Positions 8,701 to 18,289 are shown, numbered from the stretch's first letter. The stretch: DNA of 64,000 nucleotides from an uncultured virus (IMG/VR IMGVR_UViG_3300047157_000163) (IMGVR_UViG_3300047157_000163); one strand, 5' to 3'. Notes: generated from the letters alone by a model not told the origin. Translations and numbers: made by a program.

Positions 8701-8931
8701 ATGACAACCAATCTATCAACCACCATTAACGTCGACAGCTCTATGATCAACAAAGCGACGTACCACCACTACGCTAGCACTCTTTTAGTGCAGTTTAAAA
8801 ACAACAAATCAAAGTATGTCTACCACGATATACCTGGTTTCTTATTCAACGGTCTTTTTGCCGCCGAAAGCAAGGGTAAATTCATTCATAAACATATAAT
8901 CAGTGCAGGATTCAAATACACCAAAGTTTAA
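8701..8931 (+). CDS. KTSC-domain protein
   Basis: VDSSMI..ATY....TLLVQFKN...YVY.DIP....GL..AESKGKF pattern. Confidence 0.8.
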   Translation: MTTNLSTTINVDSSMINKATYHHYASTLLVQFKNNKSKYVYHDIPGFLFNGLFAAESKGKFIHKHIISAGFKYTKV

Positions 8932-9226
8932 TTTAGACGACGATCAAATCGAACGCTTAGCTGAAGCTATTGTAGAAAAGTTATTTATTAAGCAAGAAGA
9001 AGCCGATGCTAAGTTTCTTGCTGACCTCGAGGAATCTAATACAAATGCGCAAATCTATGTCGTAAATAACGACGGTAGCGTGCTAAGTGAGCTTGAGCAA
9101 CAAATACAAATACTGCAAAAAGAATTTGATGTAGCACTCAAAAACGAGTTATACAATACTGCAGCTGACCTTGACCTTAAACTTAAAATGCTAAAGAAAA
9201 AACTAAACGACGATGAAACCAACTAA
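8903..9226 (+). CDS. protein with C-terminal UVR (UvrB/UvrC) coiled-coil motif
   Basis: LQKEFDVALKNELYNTAADLDLKLKML. Confidence 0.6.
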   Translation: MQDSNTPKFNLDDDQIERLAEAIVEKLFIKQEEADAKFLADLEESNTNAQIYVVNNDGSVLSELEQQIQILQKEFDVALKNELYNTAADLDLKLKMLKKKLNDDETN

Positions 9227-9530
9227 ACTACAACTCCGTGATTATGCTATACGTGCCGGTGCTTCCGAGCTCGTTAAGGATTGTATCGAAAACAAATTCA
9301 ATCCAGGTGACGCCGATGACGTTGCTGAATGGGTAGAAGAAACCTTTGATTCAAATTGTATTGGTGTGTTGTGTGATGATACATGGCAAGAAGCCGTGTG
9401 GGAAATACTACACGATGAAATCAATGATATGTTTTACCAATTTGTTAATGACGTTAAAGTTGGCATGTACGAAAAAGCAGCATTATCCATAACCTCACTA
9501 TACCATGATAAACAGGATGTTGGCCTCTGA
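9213..9530 (+). CDS. acidic hypothetical protein
   Basis: ORF track. Confidence 0.7.
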   Translation: MKPTKLQLRDYAIRAGASELVKDCIENKFNPGDADDVAEWVEETFDSNCIGVLCDDTWQEAVWEILHDEINDMFYQFVNDVKVGMYEKAALSITSLYHDKQDVGL

Positions 9531-9622
9531 TATGATCATGCTAATCGGGTGTTGTACTATGTTACTTATGCTCGTCGCTGATTTTATCTATACCGAATAC
9601 TTATACCGTAAACACCACAAAG

Positions 9623-10093
9623 ATGAATATTTTTTACCTAAACGCCAATCCCGAAAGCGCCGCTAAAGTAATGTACAACCGCCACGTTGTTAAGATGATA
9701 TTAGAGTCTGCACAACTGCTTTGTACTGCGCACAGGGAGAACGGAAACCATGACGTTCCATATAAAGCTACACATAAAAACCACCCATCAGCTATTTGGG
9801 CGAGATCTAATGACCTTTCATACCTTTGGCTATATGATCACATGATGGCACTCGGAGAAGAGTATAAGCGGCGCTATGGCCGTACGCACTTAACTATTGA
9901 GAAATGCCGTGATGTGTTAATGAGTCTACCCCCTAACATACCAAGTAATGATTGGGCCGACCCGCCGCAGTGTATGCCGGACGAGTACAAATGCGATAAC
10001 GCAGTTGATGCTTACTGGAACTACTACATAGGTGAAAAGCATAGTGTAGCTAACGCTAACGAAACAATTATTACTGAAAGAATCCATGAATAG
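9623..10093 (+). CDS. pyrimidine-dimer DNA glycosylase (DenV-like family)
   Basis: MNIFYL...HVVKMILESAQLLCTAH...YKATHKNHPSAIW family pattern. Confidence 0.75.
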   Translation: MNIFYLNANPESAAKVMYNRHVVKMILESAQLLCTAHRENGNHDVPYKATHKNHPSAIWARSNDLSYLWLYDHMMALGEEYKRRYGRTHLTIEKCRDVLMSLPPNIPSNDWADPPQCMPDEYKCDNAVDAYWNYYIGEKHSVANANETIITERIHE

Positions 10094-10167
10094 TATACTA
10101 GAGAAAATAAAAAGCGAAGCGGAAAATGAGGATGTGATTGTTGCAACCCTTGATTCCGAGTTAGATA

Positions 10168-10213
10168 GTGACAATAGCTAATAAAGATTATAATCAAAGC
10201 ACCCTAACGTCAC
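10168..10213. promoter_or_regulatory. 46-bp imperfect palindrome, copy C, abutting the ATG of the HTH gene
   Basis: GTGACAATAG-N26-CTAACGTCAC then ATG at 10214. Confidence 0.75.
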
Positions 10214-10834
10214 ATGTCTAAATACGAAAGAAATATGGAGTACTTAAACAGAAGAAAGATTATATACCGAAGAAATCCTATTACGGATAAGCCTTCACAC
10301 GTATATGATTGGGGATTCTTCTACGAAGAAGGTACTCGTGAATACTTTGCTTTGTTTGCGTCTAAGGCTAAGATCAATACATACAGGTCATTCAAGTGGC
10401 ATCTGCATGTACTATGGCACCTCAACCATTCAATGACCCAAGATGCGTTTAGAGAAACAGCATTTTACTTAGCCGATCGTGAGAACGGTTTTGTAACGTT
10501 TACACTTTCTGAGCACACTCTTGAAACATTTATACACGACGTGTCTATAAAAGATTTAAACGAAAGACCACCTAATAAACCGAGAAAGATTATATTTAAA
10601 GATTCATGCCCGTTAAATAGGATTGAAAAGCTAAAGATTGTGGGCCGTATTGTAGGCAAACAAAAGCTTTCTGAGACTGAAATATATGATGCAATGCTAT
10701 TGCTTCATGATGATAACGAGAAGCTTACAATCAATAAGATTGCCGAAGCATTAGGAGTATCAGCGCGAACCATACACCGTAACATGTCTGCTGAGTTAAA
10801 AAAAGAGAAAGAACTGTTAAATACCGACTTATGA
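10214..10834 (+). CDS. C-terminal HTH DNA-binding protein (possible replication initiator or regulator)
   Basis: TINKIAEALGVSARTIHRNM. Confidence 0.7.
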   Translation: MSKYERNMEYLNRRKIIYRRNPITDKPSHVYDWGFFYEEGTREYFALFASKAKINTYRSFKWHLHVLWHLNHSMTQDAFRETAFYLADRENGFVTFTLSEHTLETFIHDVSIKDLNERPPNKPRKIIFKDSCPLNRIEKLKIVGRIVGKQKLSETEIYDAMLLLHDDNEKLTINKIAEALGVSARTIHRNMSAELKKEKELLNTDL

Positions 10835-10933
10835 AAAAATTAACTAACTTTGATAGGTGGATGAAGCAAATAGGCAACGTCCACTACGCTAACAACGAGC
10901 GCATGACCGCCGCTTACGAGAGACTTACAGACA

Positions 10934-11689
10934 ATGAAAAAGTACAACATACAAAACTACGTTCGATATAAAAATGATGTAGAGAAAGTAATAGCACGCA
11001 ATGAAGGTTTAACCTGGGGTGAAATGTCACGAGACATGCTGGTAGCACAGTTTATACCGCTGGTCGAAAACCTGGCAAGAAAATTTAGTACATCTGATCA
11101 GGCTTCAGGTGTATTGAGTATAAATGATTTGATTCAAGAGGGTAACTACGGTTTAGTAGCTGCAGTTGACAAAATAAATTGGGACGTAATTCTCGATTCT
11201 GAAGACCCCGAAAAAACAATCAAGTCATTCCTATCCAAAAGAATAAAGGGCGCAATACGACGCGCTATAGATATAAACCGAGGCGATGTACGTATACCTG
11301 AACACAAGCTTAATGAAATTAGAAAGTCACCAGATGATGAACGCATGGTTGCGATGTTCTTCAATAGTGTCTTTTCAAGTATCGATGCATACAACAACGA
11401 CGACGAAAACCCCCACTTCCAAGTTCCTGATACGTCGGAACCTTATAATATTGCGATAATAAATGCTTACTTACTAGGTTTAATGACTCAGTATTTAACA
11501 CCTATTCAATACGATGTTATAAGACTTTCATACGGTTTAGACCAAGATAAGATGCCAGCAACGCAAATTGCTGTATATTGCAACATAAATGTGGCTACGG
11601 CCAATGTGAGGATATCACAGATTAAGAAGGAAGCTATTGATACTTTGATCGCTAGCACCGACCCTTCACAAGTCTTAGACTTCCTATAA
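10934..11689 (+). CDS. sigma-70 family RNA polymerase sigma factor
   Basis: region 2 LVENLARKF...DLIQEGNYGLVAAVDK; VRIP; region 4 VIRLSYGL...VRISQIKKEA. Confidence 0.9.
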   Translation: MKKYNIQNYVRYKNDVEKVIARNEGLTWGEMSRDMLVAQFIPLVENLARKFSTSDQASGVLSINDLIQEGNYGLVAAVDKINWDVILDSEDPEKTIKSFLSKRIKGAIRRAIDINRGDVRIPEHKLNEIRKSPDDERMVAMFFNSVFSSIDAYNNDDENPHFQVPDTSEPYNIAIINAYLLGLMTQYLTPIQYDVIRLSYGLDQDKMPATQIAVYCNINVATANVRISQIKKEAIDTLIASTDPSQVLDFL

Positions 11690-11719
11690 ATAGAGTGTAA
11701 CTTAAAACCATATACCATT

Positions 11720-12265
11720 ATGACACTAAATGAGAAACTAGCGACAATTCAAACCAAATTCAAATCTAAGAAGTCGCGCTTCAATTCATTCGGTAAATAC
11801 TATTTCCGATCTGCAGAGGATATCCTCGAAGCAACTAAACCTTTCCTACTAGAGTTAGGTGTATCAGTAACTATCAGCGAACAAATCGTTTCGCCTGATC
11901 CATTTCCTATTATGGAAACAACTGCCACTCTTTCAGACGGCAAGACTACTATTATTGCAACAGCTATGGTTGGTGTTGATCTAGACCAAAAGGGTATGCA
12001 AATGCCTCAGAAGTTTGGTAGTGCATCATCTTACGGTAAGAAGTATGCATTAGGTAACTTGTTTCTTATAGATGATACTCAAGACTCTGACGCAGTAAAC
12101 ACTCATGGTAAAAAGAGTGCACCTGCTAAAAGCAAAATTGCAAGCTCTAACGATGCAGCTTACGATAAAGCAGTACAGTACATTCAAGGTGGTGGCAAGC
12201 TAGAGGCAATCAAGCAGAAGTATGAACTAGCACCAAACGTGGAAGTGGCTTTGCAAAAACTATAA
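11720..12265 (+). CDS. ERF-family ssDNA annealing protein
   Basis: NSFGKYYFRSAEDILEA; Q.FGSASSYGKKYAL..LF.IDD..D.D. Confidence 0.9.
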   Translation: MTLNEKLATIQTKFKSKKSRFNSFGKYYFRSAEDILEATKPFLLELGVSVTISEQIVSPDPFPIMETTATLSDGKTTIIATAMVGVDLDQKGMQMPQKFGSASSYGKKYALGNLFLIDDTQDSDAVNTHGKKSAPAKSKIASSNDAAYDKAVQYIQGGGKLEAIKQKYELAPNVEVALQKL

Positions 12266-12266
12266 T

Positions 12267-12998
12267 ATGAGCATTGAGAAAGCAGTAGAGAAACTAAGAG
12301 AAGACGAACATTACTACGGTAAGTTTGGTAAACAGTTCTTATCTAATTCAGATATAGGTACCTTACTAAGCAACCCATTAGAATATGGTAAGCCTTCAGC
12401 AAGAATACCTGCATTCCTTGTAGGTGGTTATTTTCATACTGCTATTCTTGAGCCAGAGAAACTTAAGAACTTCAAAATAATTGAAGCTACTACTCGTAAT
12501 ACTAAAAAGTACAAAGAGATAAGTGGTGGTGAATTATGTCTGCTTCAGCATGAAGCGGATAAGACTGAAGCTTTAGTTGAAACCGTTTTAGAGAATGATT
12601 ATGCTCGCGCTTTAATTCGTCCTATTGATTTTGAATATGAGAAACCAGCAATTGGTGAACTGTTCGGTAAGCAATGGAAAGGTAAGGCAGACATTATAAA
12701 TCATGACGATGGACTTATAGTAGACCTTAAGACAACTGGAGATCTTGATAGATTTAGATGGTCAGCAAAGAAGTACAACTATGATAGCCAAGCTTACATA
12801 TATAGAGAGCTATTTGGTTATGATATGATTTTCCTTGCAATTGACAAAAACACTAGAAAAATTGGTATCTTTGATTGTTCCGATAAGTTCTATGAGACTG
12901 GTAAAGAGAAGGTTGAGCGTGCAGTTGAAGCGTACAACCTATTTATAGATGACGAGAACTTTGACCCAACAAACTATTTTATTAACGAAACCTTATAA
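12267..12998 (+). CDS. PD-(D/E)XK exonuclease (RecE/DUF3799-like)
   Basis: LSNS, G..FHTAILEP, KGKADII...IVDLKTT, Y..QAYIY. Confidence 0.85.
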   Translation: MSIEKAVEKLREDEHYYGKFGKQFLSNSDIGTLLSNPLEYGKPSARIPAFLVGGYFHTAILEPEKLKNFKIIEATTRNTKKYKEISGGELCLLQHEADKTEALVETVLENDYARALIRPIDFEYEKPAIGELFGKQWKGKADIINHDDGLIVDLKTTGDLDRFRWSAKKYNYDSQAYIYRELFGYDMIFLAIDKNTRKIGIFDCSDKFYETGKEKVERAVEAYNLFIDDENFDPTNYFINETL

Positions 12999-13008
12999 AT
13001 TATATACT

Positions 13009-13329
13009 ATGGCTTCAATTATCAAAACGTCAATTAACTTAAACAACATTGACAAAACAAAAATCATCAACGGTAAGAAAGGAAAGTACTTACCTATTGT
13101 AATTACACTTAACGATGAGGTTGACCAATTCGGTAACCAAGGTCCAGTAATTATTGAGCAGTCTAAAGAAGAGCGCGAAGCGAAAGCAGAGAAAGTTTAT
13201 TTAGGCAATGTGAAAGTTGTATGGTCTAATGGGCAGAATGTAGACGCAGCACCCCGCGAAGACAACCGTGGTGGCTGGGCACCTGGAGCACCCGCAGCAC
13301 CTGCAGCAGTAGACGACCTGCCATTCTAA
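13009..13329 (+). CDS. single-stranded DNA-binding protein (putative)
   Basis: OB-like beta pattern, C-terminal DDLPF, lies between exonuclease and primase. Confidence 0.7.
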   Translation: MASIIKTSINLNNIDKTKIINGKKGKYLPIVITLNDEVDQFGNQGPVIIEQSKEEREAKAEKVYLGNVKVVWSNGQNVDAAPREDNRGGWAPGAPAAPAAVDDLPF

Positions 13330-13379
13330 ACAAACTGTGTATAGCAGTATAAAATATTAACAACTACAATTCGCATTTA

Positions 13380-15092
13380 ATGCAGACAACAGAGATCAAT
13401 GGATTCGAGATTGATAAATTCAATCAACATAGTCTTGAAGAGGGAAAATCACAAGGCATATGTCCTTTGTGTTCTCACGATAGAAAACCTAAGAATCAGA
13501 AGGACAAATGTGCTTCATACGATTGGGAACGTGGTCTTGGTACTTGTCATAATTGTAATAAAACTTTTCAGCTCCATACTTTTAATCGTAAGGGTAAAGC
13601 CGAGAAAGTATATGTTAAACCTACACAACCGGAAGAGCAATCCACCGTCAACGATAAAGTTGCTGAGTGGTTTGCTTCTCGAGGTATATCAAGGTCTACA
13701 TTATACGAGCTTGGAGTAACTGACGGAGATGAGTATATGCCCCAAACTGGGAAAGTAGAGCACGCAATTCAATTTAATTATTTTGTTGGTGACCAACTAG
13801 TAAACGTGAAATACCGTGATGGTCGCAAAAACTTTAAGCTTTACAAAGGTGCTGAAAAGGTATTCTACAATATTAATAGTATAGTAGGATATGAGTACTG
13901 TGTGATCGTTGAGGGCGAGATGGACGTTTTAGCCTTGCATGAAGCAGGGATTACTAATGCTGTCTCTGTCCCCAACGGCGCCACTCTTAACACAAACAAT
14001 CTTGAGTACTTAGACAATACAATTGATTATTTCTTAGATCAAGAAAAAATCATTATAGCTGTAGATTCAGACGAAGCTGGCCAAGCTCTACAGCAAGAAC
14101 TTATAAGAAGACTTGGTACAGAAGTATGTTACATCGCCACATTCGACGATTGTAAAGACGCTAACGAATATCTTATCAAATATGGTAAAGAAAAGCTTAC
14201 TGGTAGAATTACCGCTGCAACACCCGTCCCCCTGGAAAATGTTACAACCTTTAGAGATATTGAAGGAGATGTCACAGATTTTGTTCGGAATGGATTTAAA
14301 CCTGGCTATCAAGTGGGTCTTCGGGACTTTGATAGCATCTTTAGTACTTACACTGGGCAGTTTATTACTGTTACTGGTATCCCCAGTTCTGGCAAGTCTG
14401 ATTTCGTAGACCAAATGTGTGTAGGCTACAACCAATTATACGGTTGGAAAACTGCCTTCGCTTCGCCTGAAAATCAGCCTACATTTTTACATGCTCATAA
14501 ACTTATGCGTAAGATATGGGGTGGCATGCCCAGTGAAGCCGATATTAATGGCGAAAAGTGGAATAGTATTGCAGACTTGTGTAACAGTAGCTTTTACCAT
14601 ATTGATATGGAAAAGTATACAATTGAGCACGTGCTAAAGAAAGGCGCTGAGCTAGTAAAGCGTAAAGGTATTAAGTGTCTTGTAATAGACCCTTATAATA
14701 AAGTGCGCTCAGTTAAACCATCTACTGATGTTAACCAATACACACTTGATTACTTAGAGCAAATTGATGTATTCGCTAAAAAGTATGATGTGTTAGTCAT
14801 AGTTGTAGCACACCCCACTAAAATGTATAAAGATGGTAATGGTAAAATAGAAGAACCTACCATGTACAATATTAAAGGCGGTGGTGAATGGTATGACGCC
14901 TCTTATCACGGTTTGTTGGTGCACAGAGATTACGATGCCCAAACAGTTAAGGTTAAAGTACTCAAGGTTAAGTTTCAAAACTTAGGTGAAAACGGTGCTG
15001 AAGCTCATTTTAAATGGCAGTCAGATAGTGGTGGTTACAAGCCTATAGATAATCCCGCTAGCTTTGCTGGTGATCAAATGCCCTGGGAATAA
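13380..15092 (+). CDS. T7 gp4/Twinkle-like primase-helicase
   Basis: Zn finger CPLC...CHNC, TOPRIM VEGEMD and DSDEAG, KDANE, Walker A GIPSSGKS, VIDPYN, VAHP. Confidence 0.95.
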   Translation: MQTTEINGFEIDKFNQHSLEEGKSQGICPLCSHDRKPKNQKDKCASYDWERGLGTCHNCNKTFQLHTFNRKGKAEKVYVKPTQPEEQSTVNDKVAEWFASRGISRSTLYELGVTDGDEYMPQTGKVEHAIQFNYFVGDQLVNVKYRDGRKNFKLYKGAEKVFYNINSIVGYEYCVIVEGEMDVLALHEAGITNAVSVPNGATLNTNNLEYLDNTIDYFLDQEKIIIAVDSDEAGQALQQELIRRLGTEVCYIATFDDCKDANEYLIKYGKEKLTGRITAATPVPLENVTTFRDIEGDVTDFVRNGFKPGYQVGLRDFDSIFSTYTGQFITVTGIPSSGKSDFVDQMCVGYNQLYGWKTAFASPENQPTFLHAHKLMRKIWGGMPSEADINGEKWNSIADLCNSSFYHIDMEKYTIEHVLKKGAELVKRKGIKCLVIDPYNKVRSVKPSTDVNQYTLDYLEQIDVFAKKYDVLVIVVAHPTKMYKDGNGKIEEPTMYNIKGGGEWYDASYHGLLVHRDYDAQTVKVKVLKVKFQNLGENGAEAHFKWQSDSGGYKPIDNPASFAGDQMPWE

Positions 15093-15409
15093 TGGGTAGT
15101 GGCACTAAGAGCAAAAAGACTAAGCAAACTAATTGGGGCAGTTATTATAGGTCTGATTATGAATACCAAGCAATGGTGTGGTGTTTAAAAAACGACATTA
15201 AGATAGGTTTGTTAGCGGCTGAAACTGGTGCCGCACCAAAGAAGTTTTATGTTGAAATTGAAATTGGAAAAAAGAAAAGCCGTGACCCTAGTAAGTATTT
15301 AGCAGAGGACGCACGAAAGCAAGTTTATAAATATTATATTTATTATTATGAAAAACATAGAAACGCAGTACAGGGAGTTAGTAGAGGAACTACTAAAGGC
15401 TCCTTCTAA
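15092..15409 (+). CDS. hypothetical protein
   Basis: ORF track. Confidence 0.65.
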   Translation: MGSGTKSKKTKQTNWGSYYRSDYEYQAMVWCLKNDIKIGLLAAETGAAPKKFYVEIEIGKKKSRDPSKYLAEDARKQVYKYYIYYYEKHRNAVQGVSRGTTKGSF

Positions 15410-16178
15410 ACCTGATAGAACAGGCACGGGAACTTATTCTCTTTTCGGCAAAACGCTAGAACATGATATGTCAGCGGGTTTCCCGCTTTTATTATCTAAA
15501 AAGATTTCGTTTAACGCTGCAAAGTTTGAATTGCTTTGGATATTGCAAGGTCGCACCGACCTGCAGTACTTACAAGACAACGGTATTAAATATTGGAATC
15601 CTGATTATAATCGCTCGGGTCGTACAGACGGAACACTTGGACCTGTATACGGCAAGCAATGGCGCGATTTTAACGGCGTAGATCAGCTTCAAAGATTAAT
15701 TGAAGGCATAAACACTAACCCTGAATCTAGACGCCTTATAGTCAACGCATGGAACCCTTCGCAATTACATGAAATGGTCTTGCCCCCGTGTCATTATGGC
15801 TTTCAAGTATACATTAATAATGGTAAGCTTGATTTAATGTGGCAACAACGCTCTGCAGATGTATTTTTAGGCTTGCCTTATGATATTGCCATGTATGGTA
15901 TGCTGTTACTAATGCTAGCTAAAGGTTCAAACTATAAACCAGGTAGGTTAATAGCGCAACTAGGTGATTGTCATTTATATAAAAACCATATCTCGCAATC
16001 GCTAGAGTTACTAGAAAGAGATGTTACCGGCATGTCTTTACCCACAGTTTACATTAACGCATGGGGATTATGTTTGGACCAATATAAAGACGTGTTAACA
16101 CCAAATCCTTGGGACATAGTACTTAACGATTATTCACCTCTGCCAGCTATTAAGGCCGAGCTAAGTGTTGGTGTATAA
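15348..16178 (+). CDS. thyA: thymidylate synthase
   Basis: DRTGTGT, LGPVYGKQWR, LPPCH, QRSADVFLGLPYD, GDCHLYKNH. Confidence 0.95.
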   Translation: MKNIETQYRELVEELLKAPSKPDRTGTGTYSLFGKTLEHDMSAGFPLLLSKKISFNAAKFELLWILQGRTDLQYLQDNGIKYWNPDYNRSGRTDGTLGPVYGKQWRDFNGVDQLQRLIEGINTNPESRRLIVNAWNPSQLHEMVLPPCHYGFQVYINNGKLDLMWQQRSADVFLGLPYDIAMYGMLLLMLAKGSNYKPGRLIAQLGDCHLYKNHISQSLELLERDVTGMSLPTVYINAWGLCLDQYKDVLTPNPWDIVLNDYSPLPAIKAELSVGV

Positions 16179-16993
16179 TGAAGTATTTTATTTATCACAT
16201 TCCAGGTAAAAAGATCGGAGTAACACGTAATCTTGATAAGAGAGTTACTCAGCAACAAGGGTATGCTGAAGGAGAATACGAGGTTCTATTTGTAAGTGAT
16301 GATATTGATCAGATATCAAAATTGGAAATAGAACTTCAAAAGTCTTATGGCTATCCGGTGGACAGCACTGAATATAAAAATCTATTTAAATCTAATGCTA
16401 TGAAAATCAATGTAACTGATCAAACAACTACCTTTCCTGTGCACATTATGGAGCTAAAGGAATATTTGGGCACTATGATGGGTGTGTCTTGGGTAACCCC
16501 ACAAGGTGACCGCTACACATTAAGTGGTCGTAATGCGGAATGGATATTAGAAAATGCCATGAAAAGCATGTACACCGAAGACCGATGCTACATATATAAT
16601 GAAGCGTTTAAAAAATACGAGCATGGTATGTTTGCTAAAGTTGAACCTAAAGAAGAGGACGTTGCTAAATTTGAGTTGATACGTAAGTGGGCGGAAACTC
16701 GTGGCATATATGAAAGTGGCGATAAGAAAACACAATACGTTAAGCTTATGGAAGAAAGCGGCGAGCTAGCTCAAGCTATTCTTAAAAACGATGACGTTGA
16801 GTTTGTTGATGCTATTGGCGATATGGTTGTTGTGCTCACTAATCTAGCACACTTAGGTGGTTATAAGATTGAAGAGTGTATTGACGCTGCTTATGGGCAA
16901 ATTGCTAATCGCAAAGGTAAAATGCAAAACGGTACTTTTGTTAAAGAAGAAGCCTTTTCTAATTACTTAAAGTCTAAAGCCCAAACGTTATGA
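16178..16993 (+). CDS. GIY-YIG-like N-terminus fused to a MazG-like nucleotide pyrophosphohydrolase
   Basis: YFIYHI..KKIGVTRNL..R; KLMEESGELA...DAIGDMVVVL. Confidence 0.75.
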   Translation: MKYFIYHIPGKKIGVTRNLDKRVTQQQGYAEGEYEVLFVSDDIDQISKLEIELQKSYGYPVDSTEYKNLFKSNAMKINVTDQTTTFPVHIMELKEYLGTMMGVSWVTPQGDRYTLSGRNAEWILENAMKSMYTEDRCYIYNEAFKKYEHGMFAKVEPKEEDVAKFELIRKWAETRGIYESGDKKTQYVKLMEESGELAQAILKNDDVEFVDAIGDMVVVLTNLAHLGGYKIEECIDAAYGQIANRKGKMQNGTFVKEEAFSNYLKSKAQTL

Positions 16994-17214
16994 AGCAAAA
17001 GACAATTGACTTTCGCGATCCAGTAGTTGAACGCGTAGTAGATAAGTTTGTAGGTAGATCAGATGTTGGGTATAAAAAGTATGGCGTTACATTAGAAGAA
17101 GATCCTAGTGAAATGCTTGAGTGGTTAAACCACTTACAAGAAGAACTCATGGATGCAGTCTTATACTTGCAGAAAGCTAAAGAAAAGTATGAAGCAACGA
17201 GCTCCGAGGAGTAA
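16990..17214 (+). CDS. small all-alpha NTP-pyrophosphatase-like protein
   Basis: GYKKYG..L...WL.HLQEELMDAVLY. Confidence 0.6.
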   Translation: MKQKTIDFRDPVVERVVDKFVGRSDVGYKKYGVTLEEDPSEMLEWLNHLQEELMDAVLYLQKAKEKYEATSSEE

Positions 17215-17215
17215 T

Positions 17216-17686
17216 ATGAAAAAGAAATACAGCAGGAAGAGAGGGCCAGTAAGAGCAAAGAAAGTATCGTATGACGGTATTAACTTTGCGTCAGGGCTAG
17301 AGAAGTATATGTACATGGCTTTAAGAAAAGCTAAAATAGCTGCACTATATGAAGGAGAAACGTTTGAACTACAACAGTCTTTTGATTTCCCATTCGAAAG
17401 TTTCGAACGCACGGGGAACGGTAAAGGCGAGTTTATTAATAGAGGAAATAAAAAAATCCTCAACATTAAATACACCCCGGACTTTGTAGGCAAGCACTTT
17501 ATTATTGAAACTAAGGGTAGGGCTAATGAGTCATTCCCAATGCGCTGGAAGTTATTCAAGAAATATATAGCTGAAAACAAGCTGGAGCCGTTCACATTGT
17601 ATAAACCTCAAAATCAGAAAGAATGCGACATGGTAGTGGAGTTAATTCTAGAGCGCCAAAAGAAAACGCTCGGAAGCAATACATAG
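17216..17686 (+). CDS. T7 endonuclease I-like Holliday junction resolvase
   Basis: FASGLE, YTPDF, IIETKG. Confidence 0.8.
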   Translation: MKKKYSRKRGPVRAKKVSYDGINFASGLEKYMYMALRKAKIAALYEGETFELQQSFDFPFESFERTGNGKGEFINRGNKKILNIKYTPDFVGKHFIIETKGRANESFPMRWKLFKKYIAENKLEPFTLYKPQNQKECDMVVELILERQKKTLGSNT

Positions 17687-17782
17687 ATAGGCAAATAAAC
17701 AAATGGGTAATGTGGTCGTGGAAACAACGTGGTCGCGTTAAATACAAGGAGCTAATAGCAGAAATTGAAAGAATTACAGAGC

Positions 17783-17944
17783 ATGCAGGAAAACGAAAAT
17801 AAAAACACCGGCACCGGATGGGAAATATCTTTAGGATTCTACCCAGGCGTATTAATAGGTATGCGCAGTTATCATAACGATAACGTTACTTCACACGTAT
17901 TCTACCTACCATTTTTTGATATCGCAATACAAATATATAAATAA
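17783..17944 (+). CDS. small hypothetical protein (53 aa)
   Basis: MQENENK...WEISLGFYPGVLIG. Confidence 0.6.
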   Translation: MQENENKNTGTGWEISLGFYPGVLIGMRSYHNDNVTSHVFYLPFFDIAIQIYK

Positions 17945-17952
17945 CAAACACT

Positions 17953-18075
17953 ATGAAAAACGATTTTGACGTGTCAGATAGCTTCGCTGACTTTGTTGAT
18001 GAGCTTACTACCGATGATAAGAATGATAATGCATGCAGTATTGATAATCCTGAGTGCGAAGCCTGTGGAAGCTAA
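17953..18075 (+). CDS. 40-aa acidic peptide ending ACSIDNPECEACGS
   Basis: read directly; A-rich leader. Confidence 0.65.
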   Translation: MKNDFDVSDSFADFVDELTTDDKNDNACSIDNPECEACGS

Positions 18076-18284
18076 TGTGTGCGGCGCATGGAAAAATGTG
18101 TGATGCCTGCAAGAAAAAGCTAATTGATGAAAAGCTGCAGGAGTGCGCATCTATATTTACTAATCTAGGTATAGACTCTACAGGAGAGGAACGACGTGAT
18201 GCTTACGCTAAAGAGCAAGAATTGCTTTATGAGATTAGAGCAATAGATAAAGAAAAGGGTGATCGCCTTTTAAATATCATGTAA
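18075..18284 (+). CDS. hypothetical protein
   Basis: TAATG overlap; last gene of the + arm. Confidence 0.65.
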   Translation: MCAAHGKMCDACKKKLIDEKLQECASIFTNLGIDSTGEERRDAYAKEQELLYEIRAIDKEKGDRLLNIM

Positions 18285-18289
18285 ATAAT

